A DNA stretch of 64,000 bases, taken from Octopus vulgaris (lineage: Eukaryota). Location of the stretch: NCBI GenBank assembly GCA_951406725.2, contig OX597837.1:13392001-13456000 (forward strand). Direction: 5' to 3'. The stretch's first letter is position 1. Each line of letters begins with the position of its first letter. Below, one piece after another: positions 41,564-54,574 of the stretch. The position numbers and the translations under genes were made by a program. Below the pieces are notes generated by a model that was given only the letters and a program-made list of their open reading frames with translations, had not been told where the DNA came from and ran no database searches.

Positions 41564-42604
41564 CACACATATATATAAATACACACACACACCTATATAT
41601 ATATATGTTTATGTATGCGTATGTATATATAAATGCACAGGTATACGTACGGCTCTGTGTGTGTGTGTGTGCATATATAGACAGATTAATATTGCCTCTA
41701 TATTGTGTGCGCGCGCGATTGTGTATATCACTATAGGGAAATGGTTAATTGGGACTTCGAAGCTTCGGCTTACTCATCAGATTGTCAGCCACAACTTCGA
41801 AGTTACTCTCAACATTTTCCTTCCTGAAATTAAAAATTATATATATATACATATATATATACATATATACATATACATATATATATACATATATACATAT
41901 ATATATATATACATATATATATACATATATACATATATATATATATACATATATACACATATATACATATACATATATACATATATATATATACATATAT
42001 ACATATACATATATATATATACATATACATATATATATACATATATACATATACATATATATATATACATATATACATATATACATATATATATATACAT
42101 ATATACATATATACATATATATATATACATATACATATATATATACATATATATATATATATACATATATACATATATACATATATATATATACATATAT
42201 ACATATATACATATATATATACATATATATATATACATATATATATACATATATATATATACATATACATATATACATATATATATATACATATACATAT
42301 ATATATATATACATATACATACATATACATATATATATATATACATATACATATATATATATATATACATATATACATATACATATATATATATATATAC
42401 ATATATACATATACATATATACATATATATACATACATATATATATATACATATACATATATACATATATATACATATACATATATATATATATATACAT
42501 ATATACATATATATATATATACATATATACATATATATATATACATATACATATATACATATATATATATATACATATATACATATATATATATATACAT
42601 ATAC

Positions 42605-42651
<47 letters not shown>

Positions 42652-42692
42652 CATATACATATATATATATATACATATACATATATATATAC

Positions 42693-42724
<32 letters not shown>

Positions 42725-42967
42725 ATATATACATATACATATATATATATATACATACATATATACATATATATATATACATATACATATATACATATAT
42801 ATATATACATATACATATATACATATATATATATACATATACATATATACATATATATATATACATATATATATATACATATATACATATATATATATAC
42901 ATATACATATATACATATATATATACATATACACATATACATATACATATATATATATATATATATT
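41330..42967. repeat. Compound (TA)n/(TACA)n/(CATATA)n microsatellite field
   Basis: ~1.13 kb pure tract at 41838-42967 plus a looser tract at 41330-41640; source of the spurious IY/YI ORFs. Confidence 0.97.
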
Positions 42968-43221
42968 CTTTTATTTGTTTCAATCATTTGGCTGCGGCCA
43001 TGCTGGAGCACCGCCTTTAGTCGGACAAATCGACCCCGGGACTGACTTATCCTTTGTAAGCCTAGTACTTAATGTACTGTCCTGTTTTGCCGAACTGCTA
43101 GGTTACGAGGACGTAAACACACCAACAGCGGTTGTCAAGCAGTGGTGGGGAACAAGCACAAAGACAAAACCCCACACACAACCCATACCAGCATGGACAA
43201 AAGTCGTTAAATGATGATGAT

Positions 43222-43270
<49 letters not shown>

Positions 43271-43970
43271 TTTTTGGTATCTGGCTACCAAATCCACTCG
43301 GTTTTGGACACCCAGAAGCTATAACTGGAGACACTTGATGAAGGTGCCACCCTGTGGGACTGAACTCAGAACCATGTGGTCAAGAAATATATATAAATTT
43401 AATACAAATGTATATATATATATATATATATATACATACATACATATATATATATATATACATACAAATATACCTATATGCATATACATATATATACATA
43501 TCCATATATATACATATATACACACACACACACATATATATATACACATATATATACATATATAAACACATACACACGTGGGGGGTGCTGAATAAATACT
43601 GGTTCTGGGTAAAATTTAGGAGGGTCAGTTAATAAGGTTGGGCCTCCAACCAGACACCCTGAAAGCCAGGAACTTTTCAATGTCCCCCCATATGTGTGTG
43701 TGTGTGTGTGTGTGAAAGTGCATGGCGCAGTCAGGCCCTGTGCTCATGATCACCAGACTGTAGTTTCAATTCCCAAACCAAGCGGCATCATGTCCTTCAG
43801 CAAGGTGTTTCATTTTATGTCCCTTTCACTAGGCGGAGATTAACCTTGTGATGGCCTGGCACTGCATTCACAGGTATTGCAATCCCAGGTGCAAAAATGT
43901 CATTGAAATCAAGACAGACTCTAGCCTATAGGCTGGAAAGATACACACATGTATGGACGGACACACACAC

Positions 43971-44004
<34 letters not shown>

Positions 44005-44184
44005 GCCTCAGGTGGCACATAAAAACACCCACTACACTCACGGAGTGGTTGGCGTTAGGAAAGGCATCCAGCTGTAGAAACACTGCCAGATCTGACTGGC
44101 CTGGTGCAGCCTTCGGGCTTCCCAGACCCCAGTTGAACCATCCAACCCATGCTAGAATGGAAAACGGACGTTAAACGATGATGA

Positions 44185-44236
<52 letters not shown>

Positions 44237-45507
44237 TAGTAATATTATAATAATAATAGTAGGGAATATTATATAATATTTTGGAAATATGCTGTGCTTG
44301 AGAAGACCCGGCAAGCCAAATGAGACCATAACCTGTGGCCTATGCCAGAAGCATAACCAGCCCGCTTATGCGTACCTTTTCCTTCTTTGGTCACTATGTT
44401 TGCGAAGACCTGTTGAGGCAAGTGAAATCAAAATCAAATTCGATGACTGGCATCCAATCAGGGTGCCACATAAAAAGCCCCTAGTACAGTTTGTAAAGTG
44501 GTTGGTGTTAGGAAGAGCAAATGTCTTCTGCTGTAGCCCCCAGTTGACCAATACCTTGTTAGAACTTCTATAGTTTCTATCCACCAAATTCACTCCCTCT
44601 GTATATGTGTTCATCTCTCTGAGTATGTCATTGCTGCCACCCACTAGATAAGCTATGTTGGTTTGTTTACGTCCCCATAACAGTGGTTCAGCCAAAGGAA
44701 CTGAAAGAATAGGTACCAGACTATAAAAATAAGCGTTGGGGTAGATTTGTTTGACTAAACCCGTAAAGGTGGGGCTTCATTTTGGTTGCAATCCAATGAC
44801 AGAAGCGTGGAACAACAGAATAAAGAGTTGTTATTCTTAAAATATCTATAAAGCATCTTATTTCGTTACTTTTGTCCTTTAGTGGATCAAATTATAAAAA
44901 TTCTATGGTTCAACGAGTTATTAGCTGTTTTTAGTATAACAGCGGCTGACGAGGTGAAAAGTTAGTCAAACACGCAGCTGTCCTACGAAATAGCATATGG
45001 TAAATATTCCATATTGTTCTGTGTGATACGTCTGAGGTCCGTTCGTCCCGTTTGATTATACCAGACATAAACTGGGGCACCAATTACCTGTCCGGTTAAT
45101 GTGTGTGTGTGTGCGCACGCAGCACACATACAAACCACCCCAAAATATTTATACTTAATCCATCTTGGCTGCAAACAATATTCTGTGAACCATTTATATT
45201 GGCGATTCGGTCAGGATTATAAACTTCGTGAATTATAGGAAGAATAGATTCAAGATATATATATATATATATAAAACATATACAATAAGGAAAAAAAATA
45301 AGCAAAAACCATGAATATCATAAAAAAACGTTTACTACTACTACTACTACTACTACATTAACACGTATTATGATAAACAATAAGTGAATTAGAAAAGTGA
45401 TTTCTAACTACAGTGACCTAGTTACTGATCAGCATTAGTGACCCAGGTTTGGAACACAGAGAACTGTTGAAGTTACGAAGTACCAAATACTACACAGACA
45501 CACACAC

Positions 45508-45510
<3 letters not shown>

Positions 45511-45592
<82 letters not shown>
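45511..45592. repeat. (AG)n microsatellite
   Basis: ~41 uninterrupted AG units. Confidence 0.95.
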
Positions 45593-45595
<3 letters not shown>

Positions 45596-47217
45596 TAGTG
45601 CTTCGTTGCTGGTGATATCAACAAGAAAAAGCACTCCATCCAGTGAGAGAGATAAATATTTTAATATACACAGGATTTAAATGCGAGTTACTATCAGTTT
45701 CATGTCTCTGAAAATACGAAATAACAGTGTGTGTTAGTGTAAGTGTGAGCTTACACATCTATCTAATGATGAAGACACACTGGTGCTAATCTCCACACAC
45801 ATACATACATACATACAAGAGTGGGAGAAGCGATATAGAACAGGATTTTGCTCCAACTTGTTCATCCTTAATCGAGCTCATTTGCCTGTCTCTCTCAAGC
45901 CTTGCATCCACACACAACAATAAGAGCCTGCTGATAGAATGGTAGTAGTCTTCAGTAGAAACTCCTAACTTTATATAGTGCCGCCACGCTTAGTCTCTTC
46001 TCACACCCATCGTATCACACAATCTGCATTATTATTATCATCATCATAACTAATCGATAACAGATTATTTAATCTATCACAAGACATCGAACTACTCTTG
46101 AATATTATTAGAATGTTCTTTTGTTTTTTTATCTCCTTTCTTTCTTTCTTTCCAGATTATAGTTGGACATCAAATACTACCACTGTTTTAGAACACGGAA
46201 CTATATTCGCTATTCGAAGCCTCGAGACACGAAAGCTAAATTAATCGAAACTTCGAAACCTGCATTTTCGTCTCAAGAACTATATTTTGGTTCGCTTCCT
46301 TGTAGTTTCAGTATTTTTGTTGTTATTTCAACCCCCATTCAGCACTGATCGCACACAAAAGGATTTAAACAGCTATAACCGTCTCATTCGCCCCTAATTC
46401 AGCTTATCTAGGACTACCATTATCCAGGACTATTTTATGAGTGAAGTTTTACTGCTATTTCTAGCAGGTGAAGTGCAATATTGAGACTCCCTCGTTGGCT
46501 AACTAGAAATAACAGCTAACTTAAACTCATATCACATCCCACTGCCTTTAAAACGACCAAGGAAAAGTGTTGCACAGTGTAGTCCCAAATACACTGTATC
46601 TGTCCCGGGGTAATTTTTTTTTTCTTTTTAAAGAGACGATTATCCTTAACTGAAAGGTTTTCCACCAGGCACTGGCAATCTGAAATGCCGCGCCTAACCA
46701 CAAATTACCTTCAACTTTTTTTTTTCTTTCTGTTAATAGTGTGGCCCGCCTGATAAATAATGTGTAGTGGTTCACAACCAGGGTCCATTATAAAATTTTG
46801 GGAGATCCATGCAGCAAAATACGAAATTGTACTTTAAGGGCCCTTGAAAAACATTTTGATCTAGATGTATGTATTGTTAGAGCTAGGTTCTTTCTCTACC
46901 TAGTTCAAACTACGAAATTAATGAGTGAAAAACAAAGTAGGAATTTTAAAAGAAGTTTCTATAAAACTAGTTCTTTAATCATCGGAAGGCAACGGGGGTC
47001 CACCAAAATAAAATATCAATCAAGGGGATCCATAGATTTTTAAAAAATGGTTGACAACCCTTGAGTTATGTATCTCATATGGCCCACTTCTCGAAAATGG
47101 TACCCAGTATTTTGACTGCCAGTCAATTTCACCCCCCGATGTTAGGAAAAAATAAAACGTTGAATAAAGAGATACAATAAAAAGCCAAATCGACTGAGCG
47201 ATTGGAGGGTCACTTAC

Positions 47218-47607
47218 TTTTGCTTGACGCCAGTTCCTGATATTGCGACTTACATGCGAAGAGGGAGGCATGAGAGCCATTTCCTTGTCATCAAGCTTTT
47301 CACGAATGGTCGCAATTAACGAACGGGAAGATTCCTGGGAAGCGGCTGCTTGGGCCTTCAGGTCCGCCAAAGTTTTGCGAACTTTGGGCACGGAAGCACA
47401 CGAACTATGAAGATGTTCACCAACGCGCTTCACTATGGTATAATCTTCGTCGTGTGTCATGGTGTGGACTCGGGCTTTACAGGACCTAATTTCGCATTTC
47501 CAGTAAGTCTTAGATCCATCGGAATTTTTTTTCTGTGTTTCATATATGTAATTCATGTTATCCACAAGTTTCTTCCCTCCGCGGATGCTGTTAAATACGT
47601 GAGGCAT
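47218..47607 (-). CDS. Variable first exon V2: FLYWCH zinc finger (N-terminus of a MULE-type transposase)
   Basis: gcaccATG at 47607, 130 codons to CAA GCA AAA|gtaagt. SIRGGKKLVDNMNYIY...TYWKCEIRSCKARVHT...VGEHLH is a FLYWCH pattern, followed by the helical linker (LMPPSSHVSRNIRNWR) seen in FLYWCH-MULE transposases. No DDE domain. Confidence 0.85.
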
Positions 47608-47701
47608 GGTGCGTGTGTATTTTCTCTTTAAGTAACGGATGAGGCAAGAACGGATCCCGGATAAACCTATAAACTCATGTTTTTTTTTTTTTCTAATATC
47701 A

Positions 47702-47782
47702 GGAGTGAAATTACCGGAAGTGAAACTGACTGGCAGTCAAATTACCGGAGTCAAAATACCGGAAGTGAAATTACCTAGAATC
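47702..47782 (-). repeat. 15-bp tandem subrepeats containing CCGGAAGTG; probable Mutator/Phantom-type terminal repeat serving as V2 promoter
   Basis: About five units of GGA(A)GTGAAATTACC ending ...CTAGAATCC, ~95-175 nt upstream of the V2 ATG. Two ETS-type CCGGAAGTG sites. Confidence 0.55.
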
Positions 47783-49322
47783 CTCGAAAACGTTGCTCAA
47801 TGGAACCAAACAAAAATTGGGGGGAGGGGTACTACAGACAGCTCTCTCTCTCTCTCTCTCACACACACATATATATACACGAGAAAATAAAATTTACTTA
47901 GGGTGTGTAAACCCAGGTTTAAAAATTTTTTTTTTTACAAACCTTGTTTGGAAGAGATTTGTAAAATCTTCGGGGGAGGTGCACTTGCACCAGCTGCACT
48001 CCCTATTCCCGGGCCTATAACACACACTCACGGTCCGCTCATACATTTACCCCTATTCTCAAGTAAACAACCGAGGTGTTTAACTGTTTTCTGGATGTCC
48101 ATCCACTTTGAGTTGTCAGAAACATGTGAAAGGGGTTAGAGATGATCCCTATCAACAGGGTCCTCGGACAGATTTGATTTTACTTGATATATCTTCTATG
48201 TTCCAGTCATTAGTTTGCTACTTATTCTATTAGTCTCTTTTGCTGAACTGCTAGTTCACAGGGATGTAAAACTCACCAACAGCAGTTGTCAAGTGGTAGC
48301 AGGGGACAAACAGACACGAAGACACACACATACAGATATAAATATATACAATGGGCTTCATACAGTTTCCGCCTGCCAAATCCACTCACAAGGCTTTGGT
48401 CAGCCCAACATTATAGTAGAAGACAGTTGGCCAATATGCTACACAGTGGGACTGAACCAGGAACGTTGTGGTTGGGACGCAAGCTTCTTACCACACAGCC
48501 ATTTATTCCTAAATTAAAGCAAAGAACCCCAAAGCATACAAATGTAAAGGTTTTGCCTAAATTTTTGTTTCTTTTCCTTTTTTCTTTGGTATGAGACTGA
48601 TGTTGCCTAATTAATTTGAATAACGATGAAGAAGACTACGTGGAGTTGATTACATTTGTTTGTTGATTGTTTTTAAGCCCTACTAACTGGTATTCAGCGA
48701 ATTCTGAATTCTGTCAATTTGGTAAATAATAAAAGAATTATTTCTATCTACAGAAACAGTGGAATCCCTTATACACTTTTAGCCAATCATATTAAGAGCC
48801 CCTATGAAGGGGCTCTTAATGTAATCAAACCAACCATTTCTGACCAAAATATAGTACCCGTTTTATGGTCAAACTGACTAGAATTGGCCTAACCTACAGT
48901 GTTATTCCAAAATTATATAATCACATCATTGAAACCTCAAAGCTACGAGATAATGAAGGATTAACTCAAAATGATGTGAATAAAAAAACATTTGACAAAA
49001 TAATCTGAAAGCCAAAGGGATAAGGACAGTGAAACACTAATGATGGCTGGCATTATGAAGATTGGGGAAAGAAGTGACATAGCTGAGTGTGCTGTCCAAG
49101 GCAACCCTTGTGTTTGCCAAAGCATGCTTATACAGCAGACCCAAGGGTGCTGCCCTGATAAAAGCATTGGATGGGGCAGGCTGTCCCTTCGTCCCTAGCT
49201 ATGTAATTGGGGAAGCTAAGTAAAAGCATGGTCTTACTTAGTCTTTGCACACTGGCTAGTCCCTTGCAACCCTCTCCAGCTGAGCATCTCTAATCTTGGG
49301 AGCTCATAAGTGCTGGTGCCAT

Positions 49323-49652
49323 GTATATAATAATGAAATTATTGTATAAAGTGCTCAGGTGCACCACAACTTGTCAAAAGTGCGTATAAAGCATATACAG
49401 TAATGTACAAATGTCTGGGAAGTGAACAGTGTATGAGTCAGATACATGCTTGTGTGTGAATGAAGGGGAGAAAATCAGGTGTAGTGTTGGCGAATCTCAG
49501 GAAGAATGGAGGTTTTGAAGGATGCAGTGCTCCGATAACTAACAACTGATGCCGGCAGTTTGTTCCGTACTTCAGCAACTCTTAGCGTGAAAAAAATTTT
49601 CTGAAAGTCATGGGAGCTGTGCTGTTTTCTGACTTTGTAAACATGTCCACAG
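49323..49652 (-). mobile_element. CR1/L2-group LINE 3' end
   Basis: TCGHVYKVRKQHSSHDFQKIFFTLRVAEVRNKLPASVVSYRSTASFK matches the TRGH..K...FF..RV...WN.LP..VV...S...FK terminus. Confidence 0.75.
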
Positions 49653-50456
49653 GTGCTGCGTAAAAGCATCAAGTACACATGGTAAAGGGGTTGGTGTTAG
49701 GAAGGGCACCCAGCCGTAGAAACCACGTCAAAATAGACATGGAACCAGAACAGTATTTCAGCTGGCCAGCTTCAGTCACGCAATCCAGCCCATGCCATCA
49801 CGGAAAACAGATATTAGATGATGTATACAATAGTTGTAACTGTAGTATCATGCATAAATCTGTAAAACAAAAACAATCTCAAAACCAATTTCATTCATTT
49901 ACAATGGTTACTGGTTCAATCCCACCGGTTGACACCTTGGGTAAATAAATATCTTCCACTATAGTTCTAGGGCAACCAATGCATTATGGAGGAAACTATG
50001 TAGAAGCCTGTTGTACATCCTCATCATCATTTAACATTCGTTTCCCATACTGGCATGGGTTGAATCGCTTGGCAGGAACGGGCAAGCCAGAGGACTGCAC
50101 CAAGATCTACTGTCTGCTGTTGCATGGTTTCTACAGTTGGATAGCTTTTTTAGCGCCAACTACTTTCCAGAGTGTAGTGGATGTTTTTTACAAGGCACCA
50201 GCAAGGTCACCAAGTAACTTGCAATACAAAGATCCCAAAATACCTGTTACATGGTAGCAGGGCATTCAAAAAATAGCAGCCAAATCTTTCCTTTTTCTGG
50301 GGAAGGGAGCCGTTTACACATGATTTCGATGTCACATTTGTTGAAAGCATGCGAAATAACCTGGAAAAGAAAAAAATCCACAAAACAAAACACTGTTGCT
50401 GGGAAACTCCCAGTTTCCTGGTGACCCAATGGGTCACAGGTTGTCTAGTATGTATA

Positions 50457-50532
<76 letters not shown>

Positions 50533-50533
50533 G

Positions 50534-51396
50534 AGTCAATCTAGCTAAAACTAAAGTCGTAATAAGTAGGAAGGTAGACAAATCACAAACGCCTTCAGGT
50601 AGATGGCCCTGCTCGATCTGTAGAAAAGGTGTAGGTAGAAACTCTATAAGATGCACCAAGTGTAAGCTATGGACACATAAGAGGTGCAGCAATGTCATAG
50701 GAAGGCTAACTAGGAAGATGGTTTTTGTATGTGGCAGATGCTCGGGAGCATTAACCTCTGAAAATCTGCAGAAAACAACTTCCGTCACTTTCCAGGGGGA
50801 AAAACTAGAAGAAGTTGATAGCTTCCATTATCTTGGTGACCAAGTCAGTAGTGGGGGGTGGGTGTGCTGAAAGTGTAACGGCTAGAGTAAGAATAGCCTG
50901 GGAAAAGTTTAGGGAGCTCTTACCTCTGTTGGTGACTAAAGGCCTCTCGCTCAGAGTAAAAGGCAGACTGTATGATGCATGTGTACGAACAGCCATGCTA
51001 CATGGCAGTGAAACATGGGCCGTGACTGCTGAGGACATGCGTAAGCTCGCAAGAAATGAAGCTAGTATGCTCCGTTGGATGTGTAATGTCAGTGTTCATA
51101 GTCGACAGAGTGTAAGTACCTTGAGAGAAAAGTTGGACCTAAGAGGCATCAGATGTTGAGTGCAAGAGAGACGATTGCGCTGGTATGGTCATGTGGCGAG
51201 AATGGATGAAGATAGGTGTGTGAAAAAGTGCCACACCCTAGCAGTTGAGGGGACCTGTGGAAGAGGTAGACCCAGGAAAACCTGGGTCGAGGTGGTGAAG
51301 CATGACCTTCGAACTCTAGGTCTCACCAAGGAAATGACCAGAGACCGAGACCTATGGAAGTATGCTGTGCGTCAGAAGACCCGGCAAGACCAGTGA
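50534..51396 (+). mobile_element. 5'-truncated RTE-clade LINE (RT C-terminus with PHD-like Cys/His finger)
   Basis: RVNLAKTKV...WPCSICRKGVGRNSIRCTKCKLWTHKRCS...CGRC...FHYLGD, then ARVRIAWEKF...MLHGSETW...RRLRWYGHVARM...RGRPRKTW. One frameshift (~50860) and a stop at 51157-51159. Confidence 0.9.
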
Positions 51397-51439
51397 GAAC
51401 AATCAAAATCAAATCATATATCAGAAAGCAGGGGTTAAG

Positions 51440-52100
51440 TGACCCATCCGTTCGTGTCCACTGCCAGCCTCGTCTGGCACCCGTGTCGGTGATAAGTAAA
51501 AGCACCATTCGCTCGTGGCCGTTTGCCAGCTCTGTCTGGCCCCGTGTCGGTGGCACATAAAAGCACCATCCGTTCGTGTTCGTTGCCAGCCTCGGCTGGC
51601 CCCCATGCCGGTGACACGTAAAAGTACCGTCCGTTCGTGGCCGTTTGCCAGCTCTCTCTGGCCCTGTGTCGGTGGCACGTAAAAGCACCATCCGTTCGTG
51701 TCCGTTGCCAGCCTCGGCTGGCCCCCGTGCCGGTGACACGTAAAAGCACTGTCCGTTCGTGGCCGTTTGCCAGCTCTGTCTGGCCCCGTGTCGGTGGCAC
51801 GTAAAAGCACCATCCGTTCGTGTCCGTTGCCAGCATCGCCTGGCCCCGTGCCGGTGATACGTAAAATCACCATCCGTTCGTGGCCGTTTGCCAGCTCTGT
51901 CTGGCACCTGTGCAGGTGGCACGTAAAAAACACCCACTACACTCGCGGAGTGGTTGGCGTTAGGAAGGGCATCCAGCCGTAGAAACACTGCCAGATCTGA
52001 CTGGGCCTGACGAAGCCTTCCAGCTCCACAGACCCCAGTTGACCCGTCCAACCCATGCTAGCATGGAAAGCGGACGCTAAATGATGATGATGATGATGAT
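51440..52100 (+). repeat. ~61-bp minisatellite (about 8 units) followed by a SINE/LINE-type 3' tail ending in (GAT)n; related copies at ~30910-31287, 28225-28570 (-), 34765-35225 (-)
   Basis: Unit ~GTGGCACGTAAAAGCACCATCCGTTCGTGGCCGTTTGCCAGCTCTGTCTGGCCCCGTGTCG, followed by GAGTGGTTGGCGTTAGGAAGGGCATCCAGC...AACCCATGCTAGCATGGAAAGCGGACGCTAAATGATGATG. Confidence 0.9.
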
Positions 52101-52839
52101 ATATGCGTGTATGTGTGTATGTATGTATGAAAGAGTGCAGAAAAGTTCCTGGCTTTGAGTAAAAGAAAATAGAGGAGGATCAGTTAATTATGATTTTATT
52201 CAATATATTCCCTCTAAGATTAACACACTTATTGCAGTAATCCTTCAGTTTTTCTAAGCCCTGTAAAAGAACTCAGAAGGCCTTCAACCAGGCCTTTCGC
52301 CCTTACAGCACCTCCTTGCATATATACATACATGTATGCACATTCAGCCTTAACTAGCTTAACTTTCCCTAATCATACATCATCGACCTGCAAACTAAAC
52401 CCCACACGTCAAACTTGCATTGATTCCATAAAGGGGGACATTGAGCACATCCTTGAGTGGGGCCATGCCAACTTTGTCCCTTAATAGCACAAACACTCAA
52501 GCACAACTCATATCAAGAAAACACCATCATGCTACACTCCCGCTAAACATAAGTGGAACTCAGAACCCTTAGGGTCGGTCCAAATGCTGGTCCTCAATAT
52601 CACTGAGGATCTATCCTAGCAAAAGCTAGCAGACACTCCACAAGACCAGAGAGCAGCCCACAGAGGAATGCTGCCCCTATATTTGAGACAGTGATGCTGT
52701 TTCACAGACATCCTAGATCAGAGCCAAAGAAGAGCCACTCGCATCCACTCACTGTGATGGACACATACTCCAACATCAGACTCACAGGCATACTGCCTCC
52801 TTTTCCTCGATTTCTTTATTACTACTATAATAGCCTCTG

Positions 52840-53063
52840 AGCTGGCAGACGCGTTAGCACGCCGGGCGAAATGCTTAACTGTATTTCGTCTGCCGTTACG
52901 TTCTGAGTTCAAATTCTGCCGAGGTCGACTTTACTTTTCATCCTTTCGGGGTCGATAAATTAAGTACCAGTTGCGCACTGGGGTCGAGGTAATCGACTTA
53001 ATACCTTTGTCTGTCCTTGTTTGTCTCCTCTATGTTTAGCCCCTTGTGGGTAGTAAAGAAATA
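52840..53063 (+). mobile_element. tRNA-derived SINE with 14-bp target-site duplication, inserted in an old LINE relic (~52380-53280)
   Basis: TATAATAGCCTCTG at 52826-52839 and 53064-53077. Body AGCTGGCAGA...GAGTTCAAATTCTGCCGAGGTCGACTT...GGGGTCGATAAATTAAGTACCAG recurs at ~540-745(-), 2130-2335(-), 10680-10830, 29965-30175(-), 35835-36052, 56070-56250(-), 60955-61145. Confidence 0.85.
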
Positions 53064-54013
53064 TATAATAGCCTCTGCCCTTTGGAAACAACTGGCTATG
53101 TACCGCCATCACTCGAGCACCCTTCACCCACTCATTATCTTAGTTGCATCTACCCCTACCTCCACTAACCACTATTTCTAGTCCTTTCTTCCTAAAACAT
53201 TACCCCTCAAGAATCTCTTTTCCAGCTCATGTCCTCCTTGCTGGAACAGACCATGTGCTGTTCTCACAAGCCATATATTTACTCTTTGGTCATTGGTCTG
53301 CTGTGACGGGGGCTGACTAATGGGTAACCGAACCCGCTGACTACGAAATAGTTCCCTACATAATAAATACGTCACAATTGTAGGTTTAAAAAATTACAAA
53401 CACAGCCTTATACGAAAATCAGTGTTTTATGTTATATTTGATGTTCACTTCAAAACCTGGGGTGCGGCTTGTACACGGGACAAAGCTAAAACTATGAATG
53501 GAAGAATTTTGTGCCGTGATTTAATACTGAATTTGTTACGCGACTTATACCCGAATAGATACGGTGCATAGTTTCGAAGCTGAGTGCAACCTGTAAGGTA
53601 AATTATTTATGTCAGTGCATAAAAATGAAACCTCGTGTCACCATTTCCAAGACAAGTGTTACCACGCTGTTTTGAAACGATAACCCCCAGAAAATCCCTG
53701 GCCTCTTCTACAAAACAATGCCTATAAATACTTCAAAGAAATAAAAATTACAAACTCGGCCTTATATGAAATGACAGTCTCTATGTTGAGTGAAACAGGT
53801 TACGAAAATTATTCATGTCAGAGTATGAAGCGAAACTTCGATTGATTGGCGAGGAGTGAGGGTCACCATTCCCAAGACATGTGCAACCACGCTGTTTTGA
53901 AATGATAATAATAATATCCAAGAACATCGCTGGCCTCCACTGCAAAATATAACGACGTTGTTTTGAAAGTAATGTAAAATGCAAATATGATAAACAATTT
54001 TATCCAGACATAC

Positions 54014-54574
54014 CTTCCCATACTTGATATCAGCGATAGTCGCGATTTGTTGACTGGCATCCCAGTTAATTCCAGGTAGGTAGGACGAAGATTCATAGGC
54101 GGAGATTAAGTTAGCGGCAACAACTTCTGTCTTGATGGCATGTTCCAACTGTAGAGACGTGCTGCTGGTAAGGGCACTTTGCTGGTCATCTTGGAATTTT
54201 AACGGAAGCCCGTCAATGTTCGGGGCTTTCAGTAAACGCCTCGCGGGTTTCGGTAATCTCTTCAAAGAACTCGCCGTCGACCTGTTACGTATGGAAGGCC
54301 GATCGTTGCTGTGATTGTGGTTCTCCCTAAACGATATTAGCTCTTGTTTGTTCGACATGACAGCGCTAGAGAGACAGCCCAGTGTTTTACACTTCCAGTA
54401 AATTCTGTCTTTGCGTTTATAGTTAAGACGAAAGAGATAGCCATTTAAGGCCAAGAGTTGTCCGCCTCTCGTCGTCACGACCAGTTCGTACTCCGGCTGG
54501 CGCGGTTTGAATGTCTGCCTTTTTTTATTTAGCTTATAATCGTGGTTAACATTGAGAAACGAATCGTTCGCCAT
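54014..54574 (-). CDS. Variable first exon V3: FLYWCH zinc finger plus linker
   Basis: attATGG at 54574, 187 codons to TAT GGG AAG|gtatgt. TTRGGQLLALNGYLFRLNYKRKDRIYWKCKTLGCLSSAV...ENHNH is a FLYWCH pattern. The ORF becomes intron-like immediately after the donor. Confidence 0.85.

Noticed and set aside
41331-43214. Long ORFs (627, 423, 412, 393, 365 aa) of Ile/Tyr/His/Thr repeats on both strands
   Set aside because: Artefacts of a stop-free (TA)n/(TACA)n microsatellite.
51323-52051. Repetitive ORFs and CRISPR-like periodicity (also 30886-31320)
   Set aside because: Units are contiguous tandem repeats with no unique spacers, no cas genes, eukaryotic context; part of a dispersed retroelement family.
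53400-53990. pogo/Tc2-like terminal relic (CGGCTTGTACACGGG...CGACTTATACCCGAATAGATACGG) and an ~80-bp direct repeat (53637 vs 53862) downstream of V3
   Set aside because: Too degenerate to define element ends or link to the FLYWCH exon; treated as ordinary intronic debris.
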